From Lama glama (Eukaryota), in NCBI GenBank assembly GCA_028534125.1, contig CM052816.1, positions 49,478,001 through 49,542,000 of the forward strand: DNA of 64,000 nt, in the 5' to 3' direction. The notes under the pieces are model-generated. The model was not told the origin of the DNA. It did not search any database and saw only the letters and a program-made list of their open reading frames with translations. The position numbers were made by a program, and so were the translations under genes. Below, piece by piece: positions 12,701 to 25,225 of the stretch. Numbering within the stretch: the stretch's first letter is position 1; every line of letters starts with the position of its first letter.

Positions 12701-15634
12701 CTTTATATTTAAGGTCAGGTTATTTATTTGAACTTTTTCTTGTTTCCAGAGGGAAGCTTGTATTGCTACATACTTCCCTCTTAGAATTGCTTTTGCTGAG
12801 TCCCTTAGGTTTTAGGTCATATTGTTTTCATTTCAGTTACCTCTTGGTATTTTTTTATTTCCTTTTTGATGTCTTGAGTGATCCATTGGTTGTTGAGGAA
12901 AATATTTTTTAGGCTCCACATATGTTTTTTGCAATTTTTTTCTGGTAGTTGATTTCTCGTCTGATAGTGTTGTGGTTGGAAAAGACGCTTCATATGATTT
13001 CAATTTTGTAAAAAATTTCCAAAGCCTGTTTTGTGGCCTAGCCTAGGTTCTATCCTAGAGAATGTTCCATGTGCACTTGCAAAGAATGTGTATTCTCCTG
13101 CTTTTGGGTGTAATGTTTTATATATATCAAATAAGTTCATCTGATCAATTGTGTCGTTTAAGGTCAGTTTTTACTTATTGATTTTCATTCTGAATGATCT
13201 ATTTGGTTAATGTAGGTGGGGTGTTAAAGTCCCCTACCATTATTCTTACTGTTGATTTCTCCTTTAATGTCCATTAATATTTGCCTTTTATATTTAAGTC
13301 TTCTCTGGTGGGTGCATATATAATTTTAATTGTAATATCTTCTTGTTGTTGATCACTTTATCATTATATAATGTCCTTCTATGTCTCTTATAACAGACTT
13401 TATTATAAAGCTATTTTGTCTGATGTAAGTTTTACTAGTTCAGTTTTCTTTCGATTTCCATTTACATGGAATAACTTTTTCTATCCCCTCACTTTCAGTC
13501 TGTGTGTGTCTCTAGGTGTGAAGTGAGTCTCTTGTAGACACTATATGTATGTCTTTGGGTTCATCCTGTTTGGTACTCTGTGCTTCCTGAACTTGGATGA
13601 CTGTTCTCTTTCCCAGGTTAGGGAAGTTTTCAGCTATTGTCTCTCCAAATATTTTCTTAGGCCCTTTATCTCTTTTCTTCTGGGATCCTCTATAATGTGA
13701 ACATTAGTGCACTTGATATCCCAGAGGTGTCTCTTAAATGATGCTCTTTGTTTTCATTCTTTTTTTCTTTTTTCTGTCCAGTGGCAGTGACATCTACTAC
13801 TCTGCCTTCCAGCTCACTAATCTGTTTCCTTGTATCATTTAGTCTACTATTGATTCCTTCTAGTTTATTTTTTTATTTCGATTATTATATTCTTTGTCTC
13901 TGGTTGTCCTTTATTTTTTCTAGCTCTTTATTAAAGGCTTCTAACTTTTTGTTCTATGAATTCATCTTCTCCTGAGTCTTGGTATTTTTTATAGTCATTA
14001 CTCAAAACTCTTTCTTGGGTAGCTTGCCTTTCACCACTTCACTTAATTCTTCTTCTCGGGGTTTATCTTGTTCCTTTGTCTGAAACTTGTACGTTGTTCC
14101 TTCATTTTATCTAAGTTGCTATTGGTATTTTTATGTATGTAGTAGGTTAGGTACAGTTCTCAACTTTGAAGAAGTGGCCCTCTAGGAGAAGACCTGTGTG
14201 TCTCTGAAGCACACTCCACTCTCCCCACCCAAGCTGTATGCTCTGGAGATTCCCTCTGATAAGTCTGTATGAGTCCTTCTTGCTGGACTGTCCATGTGGG
14301 TGGTCTAGTAGACTGGTTGGCCCTTCATCCAGTTGAATGCCAAGCCCTGCCTCATGAAGATGTGCTGGCTCCTGATTAGTGGGGCCTGGTCAGCAGGTAG
14401 TTGACTGCAGAACTCCAGGGGGCCCTGGGGCTAGTGCTGGCTCACTGGTGGGCAGAGTGAGGGTCTAGAAGACTCCAGGATTATTCCCCTGGTGCAAGAA
14501 GCCAGGTACTGGCATTACTACCAGACTACTGGCAACCAGAGCAATGCCCTGGAGTCTGGCTGCTGGGCCCAGGAATCCCAGAGCTGGTGTCAGACTGCTG
14601 TTAGGTGATGCTGGTTCCTGACACAGTCAGGTATGTGGTCTTGGGTGTCCCAAAGCTTGTGTCAGCCTGCTAATGGGCAGCACTGGGGCTAGGGTCTGGC
14701 TTACTATAGGCAGACTGGGTCTGCAGGCATGGGATTGTGGTTCTGTTGCACCTAGTGTTTGCCCCCTGGTGGGTGAGACTTACCTAGAAGCTGGTACTGG
14801 CTTCCTGGAGGGCAAGCCTGGTGCCTTCCCACTGGTGGGCAGAACTGGGTCTTGGGACTGTGGTGTAAGGACATTGTATAGCAGTATGTCTGGAGAGGGC
14901 TGTAGGCTCAGAAAGTCTTTAGGCATTCTGTGTGCTATTGGCTAGGGCTGTGTCCCCACCCTACTAGTTATTTGGCCTGAAGCATTCCAGCCCTGGTGCC
15001 TGCATTCTGTTTGGTACCAGGTCTTGGCACTTATGAGCTAATGGTGCCCGCCAGCACTGACTTCCTCGTGGCAGAATGAACTCCCAAATATGGCTCCTGC
15101 CAGTGTCTATGTCCCCAGCCTGAGCCTCAGCCACCTCCTACTCTCCAGGGGATTATTTGAGACCAGGAGGTAGGTCTGACCAAGGCTCCTATTAAATTAC
15201 TGCTTTTTCTCTGGGTCCTGGTGCTCATGAGATTTTGTGTGGGCCATTTGAGTCTATTTCCCAGATTCCTTTGGGAATCCCGAAATTAAAACTCACTGGC
15301 TATCAAAATCAAATGCTCTGGGGACTTGTTTTCCCGGTGCAGGACCCCTGGGCTGGGGAGCCTGACTTGGGGCTCAGATCTCTCACTCCTGTGGGGGAAC
15401 TAGAATGTTCTCCAGTCTCTGGGTGGCCCAGCCAGGGGTATAGGACTTGATTATATCATGAGTCCACCCCGTCTACTATGGTTCCTTCCTTAGGTCTTTA
15501 GTTGTCAAAGATCTTTTCTTGTTGGTTTTGGTCTCTTTCATGGATGGCTGTTCTGCAGATAGTTGTGGTTTGGATGTGCTCCTGAGAGGAAATGAGCTCA
15601 GGGTCTTCCTACTCTGCCATCTTGACCCAAAACT
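9701..15634 (-). mobile_element. 5'-intact L1 (5'UTR, ORF1 part, ORF2, partial 3'UTR), decayed, with internal deletions
   Basis: TSD agattataggt (9690-9700) / agattgtaggt (15635-15645). 5' end reads CAAGATGGCAGAGTAGGAAGAC on the minus strand. ORF2 remnants [21 protein letters not shown] and [25 protein letters not shown]-rich 5'UTR ~14150-15630. Confidence 0.95.
15601..15625 (-). promoter_or_regulatory. L1 5' YY1-type site of the internal promoter (CAAGATGGCA, CpG-decayed)
   Basis: Plus strand ggtcttcctactctgccatcttg; CAAGATGGCG is the known YY1 motif at L1 5' ends. Confidence 0.6.
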
Positions 15635-16339
15635 AGATTGTAGGTATTTTGTTACACAGTAATCCAGATTCAGTTTTTGGCAACATGGTAACTAGAGAGC
15701 TATAAAGCTTTACTTTAATTCTTGAACTGAACTGAAGTGATAGCATTTAAATTGGGAGAGTGTCTGGATTTTTTGTTATCCTGTTTTTTAATTTTGCTGT
15801 TTATTTTTTCCCACTAAAAGCTACCTCAAGAATAATAGACACTTTGAAAATAATATTTGAGTAATTCCTTTTTCTTTTTGTAGGTAGGTGAACTCAAAGG
15901 ACATTTCTTTGGCAGAATATGTGTTTCAGATGTCTCTATTCAGTAGGATTCTCTCTCTCTATGGCAAGAGAACTTGTGTGTTATACAGTAATATAATTAC
16001 TGAAGATTTAAGTGGTTAGGTATTTCCTCTGTGGTAAAGTGGGAGATGTTATAGAATAGGTTTATTCTGTAGAGCTGGTAGAATATTATCTGTGTGGGCC
16101 AAGAAAATGAGCCACAGGAAAAGATGACAGGATAATGACTTGGTCATTAAAATGTTTATGTGAAAATACATAATCCTTTTAAAATGTTTCCTAAGCAGTC
16201 TAAGAGTTTTTAGAATGGCACCACCAGTTTACATTAACTTACAACTGATTGGCTGAAAATGAAAATATAATTTTGAGCAACATAAAATGTTTAAATCAAG
16301 AGCCCTCGCCTTTGACACATTGAATGATTTATTATTGTC

Positions 16340-17155
16340 TAAAGCAGCTGTATTTAGTAGAGGTGTAATGTGAACCACATTTGTGTAATTTAAATTTTTC
16401 TAGTAGCTACATTAAAAAACACAAAAATAAATAGTTTAAATTAATTTTAATAATATATTTTAATGGTGACTCTAGTTGATAACAGATTAACACTCTATTG
16501 TATAATGGAAATTTGCTAAGAAAGCAGAACTGAAATGTTCTCACCGAAAAGAAAACAAAAGGAAAATATGTAAGGTGATAGATTACCTCAATTGGGTAGG
16601 GGGGCGAGTGGAGGGAATCCTTTCAAATGTAAATATACATATATATATATATGCAAAAACATATATATATAAATATATATATATAAAAGTATATATAAAA
16701 TCACCACATTGTGCACTTTAAATATTTTATAATTTTGTCGATGATACCTTAAGAAAACTGAGAAAATTATGTTTTACTTAACCCAGTATGTGAAAAATAC
16801 TCTCATTAAAGCTTAACAGTATAAAATTATTAATGATATATACTACATTTTATGTTTTATTCTAAGTATTTATAATCTTGTGCGCATTTTACATTAGCAG
16901 TACATCTCTATCTAGATGCTGCATGTTCATCAGAAACAGTTTATCTGTATTTTGATTTCATAAAGTTTATATCTGAAAGAGAAGAGTCATGTATCCAAGG
17001 TGTTGCTAGCAATTAAAATTTTTCTGATAGCTACATTAGATTGATTATTAGATTTTTATTTAAATGAACATTCATACAGTTATCCAAAAAAGTGAAAATT
17101 CTTCAGCCACAGGAGCCACAACTCCTATACTTAGGATATCATTGGGCAGTGCAGG
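16340..17155. mobile_element. Charlie5/MER33-family hAT element split by an L1 3' end
   Basis: taatttaaatttttctagtagctacattaaaaa on the left, acttaacccagtat..cattttacattagcagtacatctc on the right, ending attgggcagtgcag. Confidence 0.65.
16463..16768 (+). mobile_element. L1MA-type 3' end nested in the hAT element
   Basis: atggtgactctagttgataac..gaaatttgctaagaaagcaga..tgttctcac..aaatcaccacattgtgcactttaaatat..taccttaagaaaactg; degenerate TSD aatatatttta/attatgtttta. Confidence 0.8.
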
Positions 17156-19423
17156 GGGGGAACATTAGTTACACAGGTCAAAGTTTTAAAATACTAGTGA
17201 CTTATTTCCTTATAATATCAAAACATACAAATAGGAATATCTACAATGTGCCAATTGTAACAAAAAATATGAAAATTACTTTCTACACTAAAAATTGACT
17301 GGCATATATTCTGTAGGCATTTTGGATATTTCTCTCTTTGTTTCCCAAATAGTGGCTATCCTTCCACAGCTGAAAAGCCTCTGCTACTGTAGGTAGCAGC
17401 TTACATAGATAAGATGGGCTAGGGTTTTTGTTTGTTTTTCAAAAAAAAAATACAATTATTTTATTGGAGGAACATTTCTCTAATATGTGTTGTTCTCTTT
17501 TTCTAGTTATTAAAGATTAAACAGTTTCATGTCAGAATCCTGGTGGGACCTCATTCTGAAACTCTTCCTGGGCCTTGGCTACAGAGTGACTCTTAAGTAA
17601 TGGAGGCCAGAGGCCCTGGGCCTTTAGGACCATGTTAAGAGTATTTCCCGTAGGACAGAAGACACCTCCTATTTAGTTCCCAGGTTCTGGTCCCAGCCGT
17701 GGATCCAGCTAGAGAATATGAGTTAGAGGGAAACCACAGAGATCAATCTCAATTCTTCTTCTCCTGTGGACATACAAGTAAATTTACGTCTACTCATGCA
17801 GTATATATGAAATATACCTTAGTGGTTGTTTGGTTTAGGTTAGCTTTCTGAAGTCCTAAAGTAGGAAGAAGTTCCTGTGGAAATATATCACTTGTTAATT
17901 CTCTTAATTTTCTAACAATTAAAGCAAATCCAAGTATATTTCCTGCCCCAGTACAGATGAGCTGGCCTATCTTAAAATATATACTACTAGACAATTTCAT
18001 TTCTCCTCCAAAAAGAAAAAAACAATTTATTAACAACATAACATGAATGTCAAAAAGCTATTTTTACTTGAGGCTAGAAGAACTTAAAGATCTGACCCAT
18101 TGTTACAGCAGTTCAAGAACATAGCTAAGAGGAGAAGATATGCCAAACACATTTTTTTTCAATTTTAAATGTACTGAGAACTCAGATAGCATTAAATAAG
18201 AGAAAAACATAATTTCCAGGTATTGAATTTTATCAGATGAAGTTTCCTGCTTAAAAAAATGTATTGGGAGGCAAAGACACTGTACATCTGAAACTTTAAA
18301 TAGGCCAAATTTAAATGACTTTTCAATACTTCTTTAAATTTCTCTCTAAAGAAAATAAACTTGGTTGTTCGTTGCATTTTAGCCATTAAACATTTCAAGA
18401 TATAAATTTACCATGAGTCTGACTCTTGAAAAATACAGAAAAATTATGATTTGGGATCATGAAGACTTTAAGAAACTTGTGAGAAAGTAGAAAGAAATTT
18501 GGACAGGAAATCAAGTGAAGGATTGTAGTCCAGACTTTATTACCAACACCTTGGTTTAGAACAGTAAGGTTCTTTGAAAAGGGGAGGTTTATAAATAGAA
18601 TTCATGGCTACTTAACAGCTGAGAAATTCAGCAAAAACACTCTTTGATTATATAAAAAAAATGCTGTCAAAATTTGAAAGGAAACTTGATTACAGATATA
18701 TAGACAAATGATTTCTAAGTTTACTTTCAGCTCTAGAAGTTTTAAAGTTTCTAAAACGAGGGAAACTGTGACAAATGAAGAGTAACATTCTGGCAGACAG
18801 CGTGATTCTAAGTCAGTATTTGAACTTAAAACTGAAATGTAATACGGAACAATCATGAAGGAGAGATAATTCATCATACAAAGATTGACTTGCTGTGCTG
18901 TGTTCAAAGAATAGATGAAAGAAAGGATTATTTGATTCTAGGAAACTGAGTAATGGTGGGTCATAAATTTTATTGATAAAATTTTCTTTCAAGGGTAGGA
19001 ATCAATTCACCCCTCAGGGCCGAAAGAGAGCACATTGTGATTGTAAACCTTCATCATTTAAAATTGGAAGAAAGGCTGTTATTTTAATAAAGAACTTAAG
19101 GATGATATAAGGAAAAAGCATGCATTGATAATGTATTGAATGCACACTGAGCTTCTAGGTAGGAAGAAGCTGTATTAAAATAAGCTAAAATATTTGTATT
19201 AAATTCTTTGTTATGACAGAGGGGCATTTGGATACACAGAAGGGATATTATGCTTAAATTCTCATTTGGGTTTTTCTTAAGAAATATGCCTATTTGCCAG
19301 TGGGAAAAAGGACATTTTCAAAACTTCTTAATCTACTAGAAACTTAAATGTTATTAGATGAAGTGGAATGGATTTTCTGATTGATCTCATGTCAGATTAT
19401 GTTAGTCGGCTCAGGTCATCTGG

Positions 19424-19446
19424 TTTTTTTTTTTTTTTTTTTTTTT
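19424..19446 (+). repeat. T23 homopolymer followed by AG
   Basis: Direct read. Confidence 0.9.
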
Positions 19447-19724
19447 AGGGTCTAAGAAGGATTTGAGGTGATTGTGTGAGATTTCTGACCTATACAGTTA
19501 ATGACAATAGAAGCTGTTCAAACTTACTTTGAAAAAAAATACAGAAATATTTAACAAACTTTATAGAAATATTAGAAACATGTATTTTCTGTTAACCTGA
19601 AACTTTTTTTTTTTACTTTCTCTTGGTTTCTATGAAGCTCACCTCTATTCCGACTAGTGTGTGTGTGTGTATTTTTAATACATATATTTTATAATCAGGC
19701 ACAGTTGTCAAACAGCTGTTCATC

Positions 19725-19845
19725 AAACTAGAATATAAAGTCCATCAATGCAAGGAGTTGTGTCTTGTCGACTGCTCTCTCCCTTAGTTTAGAGTAATGC
19801 ACATCACCAGAGCTCATTCAGTGTTTACTGAAACATGTTGAGTGC
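19725..19845 (+). mobile_element. L2 3' end
   Basis: actagaatataaagtccatcaatgcaaggagttgtgtcttgtc..ctcattcagtgtttactgaa. Confidence 0.65.
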
Positions 19846-20033
19846 ATGCTATGTGGAAAATATTGAGCTATGTGGAAAATAAAAGATAAATGTGTATAAA
19901 TTCCGTAAATATTTGTGAGAACCTATTTTTACAAGAAGATGTGTTCTGGTACCAAGCCAGTTGGATCAGTCAGGGGAGATAAACCTTAACCAGGCAATGA
20001 ATGTAAGCTGAGAAAAAAAAATGTAATGGGTGC

Positions 20034-20148
20034 AGTAGGGGAAGAAAAATTCCCTCTGTTCTTCTAGAGTCTTGGTGGAGACCTCCTCTAGAATAAAAGA
20101 CAGGTTAAAAAAAAGAAAAGCAAAAATAATTTTAATAACATTTGTACT
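20034..20148 (-). mobile_element. ERV1 (MER34-like) LTR 3'-terminal fragment
   Basis: gtaggggaagaaaaattccctc..gagacctc..aataaaagacaggttaa parallels 42918-43020. Confidence 0.6.
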
Positions 20149-22082
20149 CCCTATTTCATTCATACCCCAACCCTCCACCCCTCTGGGAACCACTTGTTCT
20201 CTGTATCTATGAGTCTGTTTCTGTTAATGTTTGTTTGTTTTTTTTTTAGATTCCACATCTATGTGAAATCATACAGTATTTGTCCTTCTCTGAGAAAGAC
20301 CAATTTCACTTAGCATAAGACTCTCTAGGTCCACTCGTGCCGCAAATGGCAAGGTCTTTTTCATGACTGAATAATACTCCATTGTATAACATCTTCTTTA
20401 TACATCCATCTATTGATGGGCACTTAGCTTGTTGCTTCCATATCTTGGCTGTTATAAATATGTTGCAATGAACATAGAGTGCATATATCTTTTTAAGGAA
20501 GTGTTTTACTTTTCTTCAGATAAATACCCAGGAGTGGAATTGCTGGATCATATGATAGTTCTATTTTTAATTTTTTGAAGAAACCCCATGCTGTATTCCA
20601 TAATGACTGCACTAGTGTTCATTTGTACCAACAGTGCATAGGAGTATCTTTTATTCCACATCCTTACCAACACTTGTTATTTGTTGTCTTTTTGATAACT
20701 GCCATTCTGACAGGTGTGAGGTGATACCTCACTAAGGTTTTGATTTGCATTTCCCTGATGATTAATGATGTTGAGCATATTTTCATGTGCCTTTTGGTCA
20801 CCTATCTGTCTTCTTTGGAAAAATGGTTATTTGGATCCTCTGTCCAATTTTTAATCAGATTTTTGTTTTGTTATTTTTGAGTAGTATGAATTCTTTGTGT
20901 ATTTTGGATATTAGCCCCTTAATGGGTATATCACTTGCAAGTATCTTCTGTCATTCAGTAGACTGCCTTTTTGTTTTGTTGATCGTTTCCTTCACTGTGC
21001 AAAATCTTTTTAGTTTGATCTAATCCCACTTGTTTATTTTGGCTTTTGTTTCCCTTGTCTGAAGAGACATAACCATCCCCTCACCCCCAAATTACTAAGA
21101 CCAGTGTCAGGGAGCATACTGCCTATGTTTTCTTCTAGAAGTTTTATGATTTCAGGTCTTACATTTAAGTCTTTAATCCATTCTGAGTTTATTATTGTAG
21201 AAGGTATGAGGGAGTACTCCAGTTTGGTTCTTTATCATGTAGCTGTCCAGTTTTCCAGCACCGTTTATTGTAGAGACTGTCTTTTCCCCATTGTATATTC
21301 TTTCATCTTTTGTCATAGATTAATTGCCCTTATAAGTATGGATTCCTTTCTGGGTTCTCTATTCTGTTCCATTGATCTATGTCTGTTTTGGTGTTGGTAC
21401 CATACTGTTTTGATTACTCCAGCTTCATAGTATAGTTTAAAGTCAGAGTGTGTGTGTGATACCTTCAGCTCTGTCCTTTTTTCTCCAGGTTGTTATGGCT
21501 ATTTGGGGTCCTCTGTGTTTCCATACAAATTTTAAAATTATTCTAGTTCTGTGAAAAATGCCATTGGTATTTTGATACCAACTGCATTGAATCTGTAGAG
21601 TGCCTTGGATAATATGGTCATTTTAATGGTATTAATTCTTTTAATTCATGATCATGGTATATCTTTCCATTTGTTCTGTGTCATTTTCAGTTTCTTTCAT
21701 CAGTGTCTCATCATTTTCTGAGTTCATGTCTTTTACCTCCTTAGTTAGATTTATTCTGAGATGCTTTATTCTTTCAGATGTGATTATAAATGAGGTTGAT
21801 TTTTAAAATTTCACTTTCTATTAGTTTGTTATTAGTGTATAGAAACATAGCAGATTTATGAATATTAATTTTGTATCCTACAACTTTACTGAACTCATTG
21901 AGTTCAGTTTTTTGGTGGCATCTTTAGGATTATCTATATGTAACATCATGCTATCTGCCAACATTGACAGTTTTACTTTATCTTTTCCAGTTTGGAATCC
22001 TTGTATATCTTTTTGTGTGTATGTGTCTGATTGTTGTGGCTAGGAGCCCCACTACTACATTGAATAAAATAGTAGAGTAGGT
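20149..22082 (-). mobile_element. Truncated L1 (3'UTR part plus ORF2 C-terminal half)
   Basis: Colinear with 9880-11700 (gccattctgacaggtgtgaggtgata, ttgatttgcatttccctgatg). Confidence 0.92.
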
Positions 22083-22309
22083 TTTTATATTTATGTAAAA
22101 ATTAGAAGTCATTGTGAGATACTGTGTGTAGGTCCACCCAGTGTTAGATTCACAATAAGCATGCTATTACAGTTGAAATACTGTAGGAATTCTCATTTTA
22201 CATAAATATGAAAGCCAGATACATGCATTTTACTTGGAGTAATAGAGAGTTCTGTTATGTATAAATAAAGTAATAATATTCCTTTTGTGAAATTCCATGA
22301 GTAATAATA

Positions 22310-22530
22310 CTGTCTGTCAACTCACATTGTTATACTGTGTTCTAATTACTTTACACACAGCAACTCATTTAAGTCTCACATTATCCAAATAAGAAGGAGA
22401 CCATTATTATTATCCTCATTTTAGAGATAAAGGAAGCTGAGGTGCTGCCATGCTAAGTGACTTTCCAAGGGAGTAGAGATTATGAGTGGCAGAACTGTCT
22501 AATTTCAGAGCCTATACTCTGAACCATTTT
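22310..22530 (-). mobile_element. MIR SINE
   Basis: attatcctcattttagagataaaggaagctgagg..aagtgactttccaagg..gtggcagaac. Confidence 0.75.
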
Positions 22531-23419
22531 TTTTAAATTGTTTTTCATGTAAAAGTTTCATTTACATTTATGAAGACTATAAAATTATAAATTGAGCAAA
22601 ATGTATTATGTATAATTTACTTAGGAATCAAGAATAAGTTTTCTTCATAGGCAATAGTAAGACCTGTAATATGTATCAGGACAACAAATAAAAGGAAATA
22701 AAACAAAGCAACCAAAAAATCCTTCAACAGCCTAGAATGTTATAAGATCTAATATTTATATACTTCAGAAAATGAGTTATTAAAGGTTGGTTTATTCGTC
22801 TATACTAAAATGTTTTTCTTTTTAATATTGTATTAATTTTTTCTTCTACATGGACAGAAATTGAAGTCACTATTTTTAAAAACTTACAGCATAAGCAGAA
22901 TTCAATCGTTAAGTATATTTTCCCAGAGTAAGACTTAAAAAAAGAAACCCTCTAGGATAGCCTGCCCCTCATTTCTCATCTTTCCTAATACTTAGTTTTT
23001 TTTCTTTTAACATCACAGTTAGAAGTTACTTCAACTGCAAATGTCTTTTAGCTGTACTTTATGGAGCATTCTATGTCCATGCTAGAGTTAAGATTAAATA
23101 ACATATCTCAGATATCAACATGCAGAATTTTTATAAAGGTAATTGTTAAGAGCAATAAATACAGTATCACAGAAAATTTTAAAAAGTATTCCAGTATTTT
23201 AAAAAAAAACTCAGGAGATAAGTCAATCATTCAAGTTGATAGGTAATATCCTGATACAAACTTCTTAAAATTTGAGCTTGTCTGTAGGCAGAGGGAAAGC
23301 ACCCAATTAAGATAAAAATTAAATATAAAAAATACAGGATGACTGATAGAGTGCCTGAGAAGAAGTAAGAGGAGATAAAAGTTAGTATGGTCCCTGAAAA
23401 CATAGATTAATTATAATGA

Positions 23420-23670
23420 TACTGATAATGCCAATATAATTTATACAATGCTTTCTGTGGATCAAGCCCTGTTCTGTATGTGTTAACTCATTTAATTCTC
23501 ACACAGCCCTATGAAGTAGACACTGTCATTACATTATCCCTATTAAACAGTGATCTGGAACACAGAATATTTAAGTAAATTGACCAGGGTCATACAGATG
23601 AAGAGTGGAAGAATGAGATCTGAACCCCTAACACCATAGCTCAAAAGTCTTTCCTTTTAACCATAAAGAT
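23420..23670 (-). mobile_element. MIR SINE
   Basis: ttaactcatttaattctcacacagccctatgaagtag..ttaagtaaattgaccagggtcatacag. Confidence 0.75.
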
Positions 23671-23813
23671 AAATTGATAACTGGCCTCTTGTGCAGTACA
23701 GGAAGGTAATGTAGATCCTAGCCATTCATTTTTACTGTTTGCCCAGCACCTACCATAGTCCCAGCACAAAGAAGAGCAAGGGAGAAGAAGGGGAAGGCAA
23801 CAGGAGAGAGCTG

Positions 23814-23982
23814 CAGGTCCAGCTACATAATTTTCAGGGCATAATGAATATATGGGACTCCTTGTTAAAAAACAGTTAAAACTTTAAGCCAGCAATAGAA
23901 GAACATTAAACCAAGCAAGCACACTTCCAAGGGTGGGGCCCTGTGTGACTTCATAGGTCACATGCCTATGAAGCCAGACCTG
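23814..23982 (+). mobile_element. MER45A hAT-Tip100 MITE, complete
   Basis: TIRs caggtccagct / agccagacctg; 8-bp TSD gagagctg / gggagctt; internal cattaaaccaagc..ggggccctgtgtgact. Confidence 0.85.
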
Positions 23983-24039
23983 GGGAGCTTCCTTAGCTTT
24001 AGAAAAGAAATGCAGTAATCTCTTTTTCTATGGAAAGGT

Positions 24040-24180
24040 TTTGGTGGATTGGATTATCATTCTCAGTTCTTCACTCCCTCCTGTCATGTGACCTTACAGT
24101 GTGAAAGACATGAAAGTGAGAGCTCTTCTCCCCCACAGTGATGTTGGGCTTTGTCATGAAACTTATTTAGGCAAAGGGAT
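24040..24180 (+). mobile_element. MLT1H/I-like LTR 5' fragment
   Basis: tggtggattggattat..ttcttcactccctcctg..tgatgttgggctttgtcatg. Confidence 0.55.
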
Positions 24181-24422
24181 AAAATTAATGCTTCAATAGT
24201 GCCAACATGGAGCCAAACTTGGGCCAATCTGCCTGTTAAACTGCTCATGTGAAATAAGGTAATTAAGGGACTATGCTAGTAATTTTACATATTTTATCTC
24301 ATTTTATTTTACAATGACCACTGAACTTAGGTATTATCATCAGATGCCAACCACTTTTCTTATGTGCAAGTAAGGAAAGTGAGATCCAGATAAATTAAAT
24401 ATGTTGTATAAGGTTATATGGC

Positions 24423-25225
24423 TGTATCAGTCAGCTGTTGCCAAATTCATGCTGCATAGTAAACACTGTCAAACTCAGCAGCCTAAAACAAAAAACATGA
24501 ATTTTTGCTCACATGTACAAAAAAACATTCATTTAAAAAAAAAGAATTCTAGTTTACAATATGTTAGTTTCAGGTGTACAGCAAAGTGATCCAGTTATAT
24601 ATATATATATACACACACACACATATATATATTCTTTTCCAGATTATTTTCCATTATAGGCTATTAAAAGATATTGAATTTAGTTCCCTCTGCTTATACA
24701 GTAGGTCCTTGTTGTTTTTCTGTTTTATATACAGTAGTTTGTTTCTGCTAATCCCGAACTCCTAATTTATCTCTCCTTCCCTTTCCCCTTTGGTAACCAT
24801 AGTTTGTTTTCTATGTTTGTGAGTCTATTTATGTTTTGTAAATAAGTTCATTTTTATCATATTTTTTAAGCTTCCACATATAAGCAACATCATATGATAT
24901 TTGTCTTTCTCTGTCTGACTTATTCACTTAACATGATAATCTCTAGGCCCATGTAGGTTGTTTTTCGCTTGCAAGTCTGGAGATCAACTGGTGCTCAGAT
25001 CTAGACTGGGCCCAGAAGGGCAGCTCCTCTTCCTGCTGTAGATTGTCTGGACTTGACCACAGGCTGCAAGTTGAATTCACATTTACTTCACATGCTCATG
25101 TCTTCTCATGACGAATGACAGGGCAAGAAGCTAACCGAACCACACAAGCACGTTGTAACGTTTCTGCTTACATCACACCTGCATGCATTCTGTTGGCCAA
25201 AGCAAGTTACAGGGCCAGCTATGTT
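24423..25225 (-). mobile_element. MLT1H/I-like MaLR LTR interrupted by L1
   Basis: tgtatcagtcagctgttgcc..aaactcagcagcctaaaacaa; resumes after the L1 and includes cattctgttggccaaagcaagttacagggcca. Confidence 0.7.
24545..24958 (-). mobile_element. L1 3' end (cetartiodactyl type) nested in MLT1
   Basis: tttacaatatgttagtttcaggtgtacagcaaagtgat..ttcccctttggtaaccatag..ttccacatataag. Confidence 0.9.

Noticed and set aside
10203..13975. Cluster of ORFs on both strands
   Set aside because: Minus-strand ORFs are frameshifted L1 ORF2 remnants; plus-strand ORFs are their T-rich antisense
14673..15450. Plus-strand ORFs in the L1 5'UTR (ORF0-like?)
   Set aside because: GC-rich UTR has few stop codons by chance; ORF0 is described for primate L1 and I see no similarity
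19424..19470. T23-AG as a strong splice acceptor
   Set aside because: Only a weak donor follows (19 nt, gtgatt); a simple homopolymer is the simpler explanation
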